Assembly (NCBI GenBank): GCA_026398535.1
Contig: JAPLSQ010000058.1
Coordinates: 34,339 to 98,338, forward strand
DNA from: Candidatus Sumerlaeota bacterium
GTDB lineage: Bacteria > Sumerlaeota > Sumerlaeia > Sumerlaeales > Sumerlaeaceae
Direction of reading: 5' to 3'
Length of the DNA stretch: 64,000 nt
Shown here in pieces: positions 9,103 to 18,677 of the stretch (within the stretch, counting starts at the first letter, position 1; every line of letters begins with the position of its first letter). Below the pieces are notes generated by a model. The model had not been told where the DNA came from and searched no databases. It saw nothing but the letters and a program-made list of their open reading frames with translations. The translations under genes and the position numbers were made by a program.

Positions 9103-10692
9103 GTGTTTTTCTGCTTGATCATGCCCGCAACAACGGGCACAACACGTTCTGTGATCGACAAAAACAAACGCGACAGTCCGGCGGACTCTTCCATGCCGGC
9201 AAATGGTTCGCCATACATCGTAAACTTGACGCATGCCGCCGCCGGGACCGGGCGGCAAGACTCGGCGGAGCCGGAAAACACCCTCCCGGAAACCTCTTTG
9301 GAGGAGTTGCCGGAGATGATGCAACGGGCGGCACAGCGCGCCGGATGGACAACCCTGATGCCCGTCCAGGCGCGGGCGATCCCCTACATCCTGGCCGGGC
9401 GCGACTTGATGGTGCAGGCCCGCACGGGCAGCGGCAAGACGGGCGCATTCGTGCTGCCGATCCTGCGGCGCATGGACCGGCAGCGGGCCGCGTGCCAGGC
9501 GCTGGTGCTGACGCCGACGCGCGAGCTTGCCCTGCAGGTGGCGCGCGAGGCGGCGATGCTGGCCGAGGGTTCGGGCGTGAACGTTGCCGCTGTGTACGGC
9601 GGCGTGGCCTACGGCCCGCAGATCGAAGCCTTCCACCAGGGAGCACACCTCACGGTCGGCACCCCGGGCCGCGTGCTCGACCACCTGCTCAAGCGAACGC
9701 TCACACTGGACCATCTGAGCATCCTTGTGTTCGACGAGGCCGACCGGATGCTTTCCATGGGCTTCTACCCCGACATGCTTGAGATCCGGCGTCATCTGCC
9801 TGCCGGCCGCCGCAACGGCTACATGTTCTCGGCCACATACCCGGCATTCGTGCGCGGCCTCGCGGCGGAGTTCCTTCACAAGCCCGAGTTCCTTAACCTC
9901 AGCGGCGGGACGTTGCACGTCACGGACGTCGAGCATGTGTACTACGAGACGCCGTCGATGGACAAAGACCGCTGTCTGATGCGTATCATCGAGATCGAAA
10001 ACCCGGCCTCCGCGCTCATCTTCTGCAACACGAAAGACAAAGTGAACTACGTGGCCACGGTGTTGCAGCGCTTCGGCTACGACGCGGACCAGATGACGGC
10101 GGACCTATCACAGGTCTCGCGCGAGAAGGTGCTGGACCGTCTGCGCAACGGCAAGGTGCGGTTCCTCGTGGCGACGGATCTTGCCGGGCGCGGCATCGAC
10201 ATCCCCACGCTGACACATGTTTTCCTCTACGATTTCCCGGAAGACCCGGAATCCTATATCCACCGGGCGGGACGCACGGGACGCGCCGGCGGGGGCGGCA
10301 CGGCGGTCTCGCTTGTTTCGCTGGCGGAGATGGCCGAGATGACGCGCGCCATGAACAATTTGCGCATCGATATCGTGTGCCGGCCCACACCAACCGGCGA
10401 AGACGTGCAGCGGGTGGTGTCGGAGCGCGCGACCGCCTTGCTGGAGGCAAAGTTGCGCGCGCGCGACCGCCTGCAGGTCGAGCGGATGCGGCGGCTCATG
10501 CCGCTTGCACGCAGTCTCGGCGAAAGCGACGACGAGCTTGCGCTCATCGCCATGCTGCTGGATGATTTCTATCAGCAGGAGATGCACGCGCCGCCGCCGA
10601 TGCCCGGGGCGGACAAGGGCGAGTCCGCCAGGCCTTCCGGCCGATCCCGCGGCGGCGCCCGCCGCTCAACACGGCACAGGCGCGGCGCATGA
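9103..10692 (+). CDS. DEAD-box ATP-dependent RNA helicase
   Basis: Q-motif PVQ, AQARTGSGKT, DEAD, SAT, HRAGRTGRAG; basic RG-rich C-terminus; true start may be an internal ATG (9121, 9193). Confidence 0.88.
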   Translation: MFFCLIMPATTGTTRSVIDKNKRDSPADSSMPANGSPYIVNLTHAAAGTGRQDSAEPENTLPETSLEELPEMMQRAAQRAGWTTLMPVQARAIPYILAGRDLMVQARTGSGKTGAFVLPILRRMDRQRAACQALVLTPTRELALQVAREAAMLAEGSGVNVAAVYGGVAYGPQIEAFHQGAHLTVGTPGRVLDHLLKRTLTLDHLSILVFDEADRMLSMGFYPDMLEIRRHLPAGRRNGYMFSATYPAFVRGLAAEFLHKPEFLNLSGGTLHVTDVEHVYYETPSMDKDRCLMRIIEIENPASALIFCNTKDKVNYVATVLQRFGYDADQMTADLSQVSREKVLDRLRNGKVRFLVATDLAGRGIDIPTLTHVFLYDFPEDPESYIHRAGRTGRAGGGGTAVSLVSLAEMAEMTRAMNNLRIDIVCRPTPTGEDVQRVVSERATALLEAKLRARDRLQVERMRRLMPLARSLGESDDELALIAMLLDDFYQQEMHAPPPMPGADKGESARPSGRSRGGARRSTRHRRGA

Positions 10693-10766
10693 GCGCGGAC
10701 ATAACCCCCATGCCGCGACATGTCCCGCTTCAAACCATATGACTCGTCCGGAAGGCGCATCGAGCA

Positions 10767-12266
10767 GTGAAATACATTCTGGCTCTTGACCAGGGCACGA
10801 CGAGTTCGCGCGCCGTCCTGTTTGACGCGCGGGCGGCAGTTGCCGCCATGGCGCAGCGGGAGTTTTCACAGATTTATCCCCGTCCCGGCTGGGTTGAACA
10901 CGATCCCATGGAGATCTGGTCAACGCAGCTTGCGGCGGCCCGCGAGGCGCTTGAGCGGGCGGACGCCGCGCCGCGCGACGTGGCGGCCATCGGCATCACC
11001 AACCAGCGCGAAACCGCCGTCATGTGGGACAGGGACACGGGCGCGCCCGTCTGCAACGCGATTGTCTGGCAGGACCGGCGCACCGCGCCCGCGTGCGACC
11101 GGCTGCGCGCGGACGGCTGCCAGGAGATGATTCAGAGCAGAACCGGCCTCGTAATCGACGCCTATTTCTCCGCGACAAAAATCCGGTGGATACTGGACAA
11201 CGTCGCGGGGGCGCGCGCAAAGGCCGCGGCGGGGCGTCTGGCATTCGGAACGGTGGACTCATGGCTGTTGTGGAATCTCACGGGCGGGCGGGCGCACGCC
11301 ACGGATGCGTCGAACGCCTCGCGCACGCTCATTTACAACATCAACTCGGGCGAATGGGACGCCGATTTGCTCGATTTGTTCGGTATTCCGGCGGACATTT
11401 TGCCGCGGGTGGGCGAATCAAGCGGAGTGTTCGGCGAGACCGCCCCCGGGATCTTCGGCGCCGCGATACCGGTCTGCGGCATCGCGGGCGACCAGCAGGC
11501 CGCGCTCTTCGGTCAGGCATGCCTGTCGCCCGGCATGGTGAAAAACACCTATGGCACGGGGTGTTTCATGCTAATGAACACCGGCGCGGCGGCGCATTTC
11601 TCTCTTGCGAACCTGCTGACAACCGTGGCGTGGAAAATCGGCGGGCGCACGGAATACGCGCTTGAGGGCAGCGTGTTCATCGCGGGCGCGGTCGTGCAAT
11701 GGCTGCGTGACGGGCTGGGGCTCATCAAGTCGGCCCGCGAGATCGAGGGGCTTGCGCGAAGCGTGAAGGACAACGGCGGCGTCTATTTTGTGCCGGCGTT
11801 TGCGGGCCTTGGCGCGCCGCATTGGGACGCTTACGCGCGAGGCGTCATCGCGGGCATCACCCGCGGAACGAACGCCGGGCACATCGCCCGCGCCGCGCTG
11901 GAAGCCATCGCCTACCAGACGGCCGACGTGCTCGACGCGATGCGCGCGGAGCCGGGCATGCCCATCACCGAATTGCGCGCGGACGGCGGCGCCGCAGTCA
12001 ACGAACTGCTCATGCAGTTCCAGTCGGACATCCTTGGCGTGCCGATTCTGCGCCCGCGCATTGTTGAAACCACCGCCCTTGGCGCGGCTTTCCTGGCCGG
12101 ATTGGCGGCGGGCGTCTGGAAGTCCCGCGACGAGATCGCGGGGTTGTGGGCTTTGGAGCGCGCATTCCGACCGGCCATGCCGCCGGAAACCGCCGCCCGC
12201 CTTCGCGCGCGCTGGCGCCGCGCCGTCGAACGCGCCAAAGCGTGGGAAACGCCCGAGGCATCCTGA
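10767..12266 (+). CDS. glpK: glycerol kinase
   Basis: [51 protein letters not shown]; GTG start. Confidence 0.95.
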   Translation: MKYILALDQGTTSSRAVLFDARAAVAAMAQREFSQIYPRPGWVEHDPMEIWSTQLAAAREALERADAAPRDVAAIGITNQRETAVMWDRDTGAPVCNAIVWQDRRTAPACDRLRADGCQEMIQSRTGLVIDAYFSATKIRWILDNVAGARAKAAAGRLAFGTVDSWLLWNLTGGRAHATDASNASRTLIYNINSGEWDADLLDLFGIPADILPRVGESSGVFGETAPGIFGAAIPVCGIAGDQQAALFGQACLSPGMVKNTYGTGCFMLMNTGAAAHFSLANLLTTVAWKIGGRTEYALEGSVFIAGAVVQWLRDGLGLIKSAREIEGLARSVKDNGGVYFVPAFAGLGAPHWDAYARGVIAGITRGTNAGHIARAALEAIAYQTADVLDAMRAEPGMPITELRADGGAAVNELLMQFQSDILGVPILRPRIVETTALGAAFLAGLAAGVWKSRDEIAGLWALERAFRPAMPPETAARLRARWRRAVERAKAWETPEAS

Positions 12267-12371
12267 CCGATGGCGCGCGCATCTCCGGCGTCGTATTAAA
12301 ATCGCCCCATGCAGGGTCTTTTATTGACATCATCGCCATGACATTGATGTGTTCTACGGAAATCATGGATC

Positions 12372-13412
12372 ATGAATAAATACGCCAAATCATCAGCTAA
12401 CGCGACCGCCATTTGCCTGACCGCGGGAGTGATCTTTATTGCGGCGCTGGCGCAGGGAACAACCGGCACACTCCATTCCGCGTATAAGGGACAAGGCGAA
12501 GAGCCGACCACAGTCGCCCTGGGGATTTTCGTCCTCGACATTATGCAGATCGACTGCGCCGAGCAAATGTTCACCGCCGACATTTATGTCGAAGCGCACT
12601 GGTATGATCCGCAACTGGCGCATGAGGGCAAGCCGTTGTTCAAACCAATGGACAGCATATGGCACCCGCAACTTCAGGTACTGAACCAGCTCTCGGTGGT
12701 CCGCACGCTGCCCGAGCATCTTCAGATCATGAGCGACGGCCTTGTGATTTTGCGCCAGCGGGTGTTTGGCAATTTCTCCCAGCCGCTGGAATTGCGGTCG
12801 TTTCCGTTCGACCAGCAGGTTCTATCCATCACTTTTATCGCTTCAGGGCTTCTTACTCGTAATGTGCAGATTTTACCTCTCACGGTGGATGGAGTCTCAC
12901 GGACGGCGATCAGCCGCGCATTTTCGCTCCCCGACTGGGATATCACGAATTTTCATTACACGGTGGGCTCGCGCAAGTTCTTTGACGGCAGCGCCAGCAT
13001 GCCCATCATGATAGTCAATATAAACGTTGACCGACGCCAGGGTTACTACATTCTCAAGGTGCTGATCCCCCTTCTGCTGATCGTGTTCATATCATGGATC
13101 ACCTTCTGGCTTGCGCCCGACAATGTCGGCGTGAACATCTCCGTGCCGATGACTTCCATGCTCACGCTTGTGGCTTACCGGTTCACCATCGGGGGGTTGC
13201 TGCCAAGGGTGTCGTATTTCACACGCATGGACGCGTTCATCCTGTCATCAATGTTTCTCGTGTTCGCGGTGCTGGTGTATGTGGTGACCGTGGCGTCGAT
13301 GGTGAAGCATGGCCATGAGGCAAAGGCGTTAAAAATGCGCTGGTGGGGGCGCATGATTTTTCCGCTCTGCATCGTGGTGGTGGTGGTGTGGACGCTGTAT
13401 TTCACCTTCTGA
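12372..13412 (+). CDS. prokaryotic pentameric ligand-gated ion channel (GLIC/ELIC-like)
   Basis: signal/anchor, beta-rich ectodomain with HWYDPQLA and RSFPFDQQ (Cys-loop-equivalent FPFD motif, no Cys pair), then YYILKVLIPLLLIVFISWITFWL (M1) and three more TM helices. Confidence 0.75.
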   Translation: MNKYAKSSANATAICLTAGVIFIAALAQGTTGTLHSAYKGQGEEPTTVALGIFVLDIMQIDCAEQMFTADIYVEAHWYDPQLAHEGKPLFKPMDSIWHPQLQVLNQLSVVRTLPEHLQIMSDGLVILRQRVFGNFSQPLELRSFPFDQQVLSITFIASGLLTRNVQILPLTVDGVSRTAISRAFSLPDWDITNFHYTVGSRKFFDGSASMPIMIVNINVDRRQGYYILKVLIPLLLIVFISWITFWLAPDNVGVNISVPMTSMLTLVAYRFTIGGLLPRVSYFTRMDAFILSSMFLVFAVLVYVVTVASMVKHGHEAKALKMRWWGRMIFPLCIVVVVVWTLYFTF

Positions 13413-13545
13413 ATCAGCCTGGCGGCCCATGCCCGGGACGGCCACGCCCCGTTGCTGTGCGGCGTCACGATACAGCCAGCCTTGATCGCCGTTCATTAAT
13501 AAATCTTTACATCCCCCGCCGCCGCGTCAGACTTCAACTTGTCAT

Positions 13546-14673
13546 ATGGAAACAATGGTTTATCCACAAGAAGCCACGCGCAAGCGACGCCGCTGGGGTT
13601 GCGCATGCGGGTGTCTGTTTATTTTCGCGGGGCTCATCTTCGCATCCGCCGCGCTGTTCTATTTTCTGCTGAGGCCGTTCCCGCCCGAATCACGCGGCCG
13701 CTGGATGGATGTCTCCGCCGACGGTTTTGGCGTCGTCCGGCTTAACACGGACAACGAGGGCGCGGCGGCTCTCCTGAACATGGCCATCCGCCGTCTCGAG
13801 GAGCAGCAGAAGCAGACCCTGCCCACAAGCGGCAGCGCCGCCATGGCGGCCGGCACTGGACTTCTGCGGCATTTCGCGGGGAATTTCATCCATCCCGAAA
13901 TTCTTCTGTTTTTCCAGCACGACGCCGCATCGGGCGAGGAGAAGTTTTTTACCGTCGTGCAGATGCGCAACTATATTGCCTCTGTCATTTCCGAAATGCT
14001 GTTGCGCGCGAGCGGGCAATCCCCCGCCGAGAAGACCGGTCCGTTTCTTGTCTTTGCCAGCCCCGGCTTGAGGGACGACAAAGGCGGCGGCATCGCGGTG
14101 TCACGCCAGAGCCTTATTGCATCGGCCGACATGTCCGTCCTGCGTCAGGCCATCAACCGCGATTTGAAACAACAGCGCGGTGACACCCCCGATGCGCTCG
14201 ATCTGTACCTTGGCGATCTCGACGCCGGCATGGCGCAGCGCACCGAAGACCTCACGATCATTCTGCTCAACAGTGAAAACCGTCTCGAGGCGCTGCTGCG
14301 CCGGTTTGAGCGCGCCACCGGTCAGAACGGCCTGACTGATCAAGTCATCGCGCTTCTGGCCGCGCAAAAACTCAACTTGTCAACCGTCGCCGCGATGCGC
14401 GTCAGCGCGGCGCTGACCTCCGCTGACAAGGCAAAACTCGACATCATCTTCTATTGCCGCCAGCCGGCTGCCGCCCGCGCCGTCGCCGACATCCTCAAGA
14501 CTGTCGGGGCGCAATTCGCGCGCGCTCTCGAACCTCAGAAAATCACCGCCCGGACTGATGCCAGAACGCGCGGCTCCGACGCGACGCTGTCCGCCGAATT
14601 CACGGGATTGAAGCCCTGGTTTCAGTCGCTGATTGGCGCGACCCCCGCGCCGCCGCCGGCCGAACGAAACTGA
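13546..14673 (+). CDS. hypothetical membrane-anchored protein
   Basis: 375-aa ORF, basic N-terminus and one TM helix (CACGCLFIFAGLIFASAALFYFLL), no recognisable motif. Confidence 0.6.
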   Translation: METMVYPQEATRKRRRWGCACGCLFIFAGLIFASAALFYFLLRPFPPESRGRWMDVSADGFGVVRLNTDNEGAAALLNMAIRRLEEQQKQTLPTSGSAAMAAGTGLLRHFAGNFIHPEILLFFQHDAASGEEKFFTVVQMRNYIASVISEMLLRASGQSPAEKTGPFLVFASPGLRDDKGGGIAVSRQSLIASADMSVLRQAINRDLKQQRGDTPDALDLYLGDLDAGMAQRTEDLTIILLNSENRLEALLRRFERATGQNGLTDQVIALLAAQKLNLSTVAAMRVSAALTSADKAKLDIIFYCRQPAAARAVADILKTVGAQFARALEPQKITARTDARTRGSDATLSAEFTGLKPWFQSLIGATPAPPPAERN

Positions 14674-14692
14674 CTCCTGGCAAAGCATTGAT

Positions 14693-15886
14693 ATGACCAT
14701 GAGCCGTCACCGTATCCTGCGGCTGATCACGTGGCTGCCCGCCGGCGGCATCGAACGCAAGATTCTCGCCGTCCTGCCGCGTCTCAACAGCGACCTTTTT
14801 GAGTTGCACGTCTGTTGCCTGCGCGAGCGCGGACCGCTGGCCGAACAGCTTGAAACCGCGGGCATCCCGGTTCACGTTGTGCGTTTCGGCAGGCGCTGGG
14901 ACCCGCTGGCGCTCATGCGCCTGCGCAACCTCGCGCGCGGCCTCAACATCAGCCTCATCCATGCCCACATGTACCGCGCAAACACACCGGCCACGGTCAT
15001 GAAAATGTTCGACAAACGCATCGTGGTCGCCGCGCAATATCACAACATGGACACATGGGACACGCCCTGGCAGTTGCGCATGGACCGTCTGCTTGCCCCA
15101 CGCCGAGACCTCAATGTGGCTGTCTCCGAAGCCGTGCGCCGCGAGCTGATCGAACGCCTGGCCCTGCCAGCCGAAAAAACACGCACCATTTACAATGGCG
15201 TGGACATCCGTGAATTCCACCCCGTGGCGGCTGCCGAGCGCCACGCCCTGCGCGAGCGCATGGGCTTGCCCGTGGCGGCGCGTCTTGTCATCATGCCGGC
15301 GCGCCTCACGCGCCAGAAAAACCAGGCGCTCGTCATCGGATGCGCGCGAGACATTCTCCAGGCCGCGCCCCGAACGCATTTCCTTTTCGCCGGCTCCGGC
15401 GGCGATGAGCAGATGCTGCGCAATCTGGCGGAGCAATGCGGCGTCAGCCGCAATGTATCGTTTCTCGGCAACCGCGCCGACATGCCCGAACTTCTTTCCG
15501 CGTGCGACGTCGCCGTGCTGCCCTCCACCAAGGAGGGATTTTCAAACGCGGTCATCGAGTCGATGGCGTGCGGACTGCCCGTCGTCGCCAGCAATGTGGG
15601 CGGCAACAGCGAGGTGATCGACCGGGGAATCAACGGTTATCTGCTCGACCCCCCCCCCACTCAGCCGACCGGTTCCCCGGGCGGAGATTCATTCGCTGGT
15701 CCGGCGTTCCAAGGCGTCAACGCCTCGCAGTTCACGCGCTTCGTCAAACGCCTTGTCACTGAGGACGACCATCGCGCCGCGCGCGGCGCCGCCGCGCGCA
15801 TCCGCGCCCTCGATTTCAGCCTTGATATCATGGTGCGCCGCGTCGAACAAATGTATATGGATTTGCTTGGCGAGAACGGACTGTGA
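14693..15886 (+). CDS. glycosyltransferase family 4
   Basis: RILRLITWLPAGGIERK N-terminus; EGFSNAVIESMACGLPVVASNVGGNSEVI (E-x7-E); contains C10 run (LDPPPT). Confidence 0.85.
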   Translation: MTMSRHRILRLITWLPAGGIERKILAVLPRLNSDLFELHVCCLRERGPLAEQLETAGIPVHVVRFGRRWDPLALMRLRNLARGLNISLIHAHMYRANTPATVMKMFDKRIVVAAQYHNMDTWDTPWQLRMDRLLAPRRDLNVAVSEAVRRELIERLALPAEKTRTIYNGVDIREFHPVAAAERHALRERMGLPVAARLVIMPARLTRQKNQALVIGCARDILQAAPRTHFLFAGSGGDEQMLRNLAEQCGVSRNVSFLGNRADMPELLSACDVAVLPSTKEGFSNAVIESMACGLPVVASNVGGNSEVIDRGINGYLLDPPPTQPTGSPGGDSFAGPAFQGVNASQFTRFVKRLVTEDDHRAARGAAARIRALDFSLDIMVRRVEQMYMDLLGENGL

Positions 15887-17184
15887 CCATCGGCACGGAA
15901 TCACGATATGATGTGACCGCCATTGTTCTTGGCGGCGGACGGGGAACACGGCTTTACCCCCTTACGCACTGCCGCTCAAAACCCGCCGTCCCGATTGCGG
16001 GCAAGTATCGCCTTGTCGATGTCGCCATATCGAACTGCATCAATTCGGGCATCCGCCGCATTTTCGTCCTGACGCAGTTCCTCTCCGCGTCGCTCAACCG
16101 CCACATCGCCCAGACCTACCAGTTCGACAAGTTCACCGAAGGATTCGTCGAGGTTCTCGCCGCCGAGCAAACGCACGAAAACGACACATGGTTCCAGGGA
16201 ACCGCCGACGCCGTCAGGCGCAATCTGACTCATGTTCTCGACACCCGCGGCGAGCTTATTTTGGTGATCTCGGGCGACGCGCTCTATCGCATGAACTATC
16301 ACGATGTCATCGCCCAGCATACGGCTGACCGCGCCGACATCACCGTCTGTTGCAAGTTCATCAGCGAGGAAATTGCCCCGTCGTTCGGCATCGTGGGCAT
16401 CGACTCCTCCCGCCGCATCGTCAATTTCCACGAAAAACCGCCGCCGGAAAACCTGCCGCCGCTGCGCCTCGCCCCCGACATGCTCGCCCGTCACGGAAAC
16501 GCCCCCCCCCCCGGAGGAAGCGGCATCAATTCCTTCCTCGCCTCAATGGGCATGTACCTGTTCAACCGCGACGCGCTGCTCGACACTCTGGCCGACAACA
16601 CCAGCGACGATTTCGGAAAAGAGCTTATCCCGCGCTCTATCGCCAGCCGCCGCGTGTTCGCCCACCTTTATGGCGGTTACTGGGAGGACATCGGAACCAT
16701 ACGCAGCTTTTTCTGGGCAAATCTGAACCTGCTCAACGCCAAGCCGGAATTCGATTTCTACGATCCCCAATTTCCCATCTTTACGCGGCCGCGCCTGCTG
16801 CCCTGCGCGCAGATTGACGAATCGGACGTGTTTTGCGCAATGATTGCCGACGGTTGCATGATCCGCCGCGCCAGCCTGAACAATTGCGTCATCGGAATAC
16901 GTTCCATCATCCGCGACGGCGCGCGGATGGAAAACGCCATCGTCATGGGCGCCGATTACTACGAGCGCGAGCGCCCCGCCGAACCCGGCCAGCCGCCCAT
17001 GGGCATCGGGCACGGCGTGGTCATCCGAAACGCCATCATCGACAAAAACGCCCGCATCGGCGATGGCGCGCAGATCGTCAACCACAGCGGAATCGAACAC
17101 GCCGACACCCGCTTGTATTCCGTGCGCGACGGCATTGTCATCATCCCCAAAGGCGCCGTCATTCCTGCCGGAACCGTCATCTGA
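15883..17184 (+). CDS. glgC: glucose-1-phosphate adenylyltransferase
   Basis: AIVLGGGRGTRLYPLTHCRSKPAVPIAGKYRLVDVAISNCINSGI, WFQGTADAV, left-handed beta-helix C-terminus; GTGA overlap with GT4 stop; C11 run (NAPPPGG). Confidence 0.93.
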   Translation: MTIGTESRYDVTAIVLGGGRGTRLYPLTHCRSKPAVPIAGKYRLVDVAISNCINSGIRRIFVLTQFLSASLNRHIAQTYQFDKFTEGFVEVLAAEQTHENDTWFQGTADAVRRNLTHVLDTRGELILVISGDALYRMNYHDVIAQHTADRADITVCCKFISEEIAPSFGIVGIDSSRRIVNFHEKPPPENLPPLRLAPDMLARHGNAPPPGGSGINSFLASMGMYLFNRDALLDTLADNTSDDFGKELIPRSIASRRVFAHLYGGYWEDIGTIRSFFWANLNLLNAKPEFDFYDPQFPIFTRPRLLPCAQIDESDVFCAMIADGCMIRRASLNNCVIGIRSIIRDGARMENAIVMGADYYERERPAEPGQPPMGIGHGVVIRNAIIDKNARIGDGAQIVNHSGIEHADTRLYSVRDGIVIIPKGAVIPAGTVI

Positions 17185-17245
17185 CATGGAGAACACGCCC
17201 CCCCCTGACAAACACGCCCCCCCCTGACAAACACGGAGAAACACG
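17185..17245 (+). repeat. composite repeat filling the whole glgC-lysA spacer
   Basis: CATGGAGAACACG-C8-TGACAAACACG-C8-TGACAAACACGGAGAAACACG, then lysA ATG 17246. Confidence 0.9.
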
Positions 17246-18601
17246 ATGGAACATAATAGAAGAGATTGGGATTGGCATACCTCCCCCTTGGATTTTAACG
17301 GCCTTGACAGCATTGCCGCGAAAGTTGGCACCCCATTCTGGCTATATGACGCAGGGACGCTGAAGCGGCGCATCGGCGCGGTCAAGCGCGTGGCCGCCGA
17401 GGGCGGCGTGATGGCGCGTTACGCGATGAAAGCCTGTTCCGCCACGCGCGTCGTGCGCGAGATGCTCGCCAACGGCATCTGGATCGACGCCGTGTCGGGC
17501 AACGAGGTCGTCCGTGCCATCCGCGCGGGCGCCGCGCCGGGACAATCGCCACCGGTTGTCGTCCTCACGGCTGATGTTTTTCGCGACAACGCCCTCGACG
17601 CGATCATGCAATACGGCATCCTGCCGAACATCGGTTCGCCCGGAATGCTGGACGAACTGGCGCGCGCTGGCTACAAGGGCAACATCGCAATACGCATCAA
17701 TCCCGGTTTCGGCCACGGTCATGTGAACGCCTGCGACACGGGCGGTCCGAGTTCCAAGCACGGCATCTGGTTCAGTCAGGCGGAAGAAATCGCGCGCCAG
17801 GCGGCGCTCCACGCGATGAAGGTCGTCATGTTGCACGCCCACATCGGCAGCGGCCCGCAAATGGAGGAGCTTCTGGCAAATCTGCGGCGCCTGGCAAACG
17901 AGTTTGCGCGAACCGCACCCATCTTTCCCGAACTCGAAGCCTTCAGTTTCGGCGGAGGCATTCCCCATTCCTACCATGAGGAAAACCCCGAAAAAGCCCT
18001 CAACGACGAAATCGCCCCGCTCGGTCCGCTGTTCCACGAGGTTGTGAAGCGTCTTCGCGAGACAACGCGGCGCGAGGTGCGCGTCGAAATCGAACCGGGA
18101 CGTTACTTCGTCGCTCCCTGCGCGAAACTTGTCGCCCGCGTGACCGACATAAAGAAAACCGAACCCCGGTCAGCGAGTACGCCATCAGGCGAGAAAGGCG
18201 GGGGGCAGACATTTATCATGGTGGATGCGGGGTTTGTCGATCTCCTGCGCCCGGCGATGTACGGCTCCTACCACAGGATTTCCACGTACGGCCCCAGCAA
18301 ATCCGGCCCCCCCCCTGGCGCGCGCCCCGTGGTTGTGGCCGGACCGCTGTGCGAATCCGGCGATGTGTTCACACGCGACGCTTCCGATTTTATCGCGCCC
18401 CGCGATCTGCCGCTTCCCGCCAAGGGCGATCTGCTCGTCATCCACGACGCCGGCGCCTATGGTTACGCCATGAGCTCAAATTACAACTCCGTCGGCCGCG
18501 CCCCGCAGGTTTGGATCGGCGAGGATGGCGCGGCCGCGCTCATCTCCCGCCGCGAAACCGTGGACGACATCCTGCGGCTGGAGACCGAAACAACGCTGTA
18601 A
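17246..18601 (+). CDS. lysA: diaminopimelate decarboxylase
   Basis: YAMKACS (PLP-Lys), GFGHGH, FGGGIP, EPGRY, MVDAGFVDLLRPAMYGSYH, CESGD; carries in-frame copy of repeat A. Confidence 0.93.
   Translation: MEHNRRDWDWHTSPLDFNGLDSIAAKVGTPFWLYDAGTLKRRIGAVKRVAAEGGVMARYAMKACSATRVVREMLANGIWIDAVSGNEVVRAIRAGAAPGQSPPVVVLTADVFRDNALDAIMQYGILPNIGSPGMLDELARAGYKGNIAIRINPGFGHGHVNACDTGGPSSKHGIWFSQAEEIARQAALHAMKVVMLHAHIGSGPQMEELLANLRRLANEFARTAPIFPELEAFSFGGGIPHSYHEENPEKALNDEIAPLGPLFHEVVKRLRETTRREVRVEIEPGRYFVAPCAKLVARVTDIKKTEPRSASTPSGEKGGGQTFIMVDAGFVDLLRPAMYGSYHRISTYGPSKSGPPPGARPVVVAGPLCESGDVFTRDASDFIAPRDLPLPAKGDLLVIHDAGAYGYAMSSNYNSVGRAPQVWIGEDGAAALISRRETVDDILRLETETTL
18166..18189 (+). repeat. 24-mer repeat A inside lysA (frame 2: RSASTPSG)
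   Basis: exact 24-mer; position verified by codon counting from 17246 (R308 codon at 18167). Confidence 0.95.
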
Positions 18602-18612
18602 TTCCCTGCCAG

Positions 18613-18677
18613 CCCCCCCCCGAAAGAACCATACGGAGAACACGGAGAACACGGAGAACACGGAGAACACGGAGAAC
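18613..18677 (+). repeat. C9 run plus 5 x 9-mer ACGGAGAAC
   Basis: C9 at 18613-18621; ACGGAGAAC x5 at 18633-18677, directly abutting recX ATG 18678. Confidence 0.95.

Noticed and set aside
17185-17245. Lysine riboswitch upstream of lysA
   Set aside because: The whole 61-nt spacer is repeat sequence. It is too short and lacks the multi-helix junction of the L-box.
18633-18677. TENTENTEN / HGQTRTNT peptides as genuine repeat proteins
   Set aside because: The same DNA appears in all frames, in non-coding spacers and on the antisense side of genes. The periodicity (10 nt) is not a multiple of three in most arrays, so no consistent peptide repeat is encoded.
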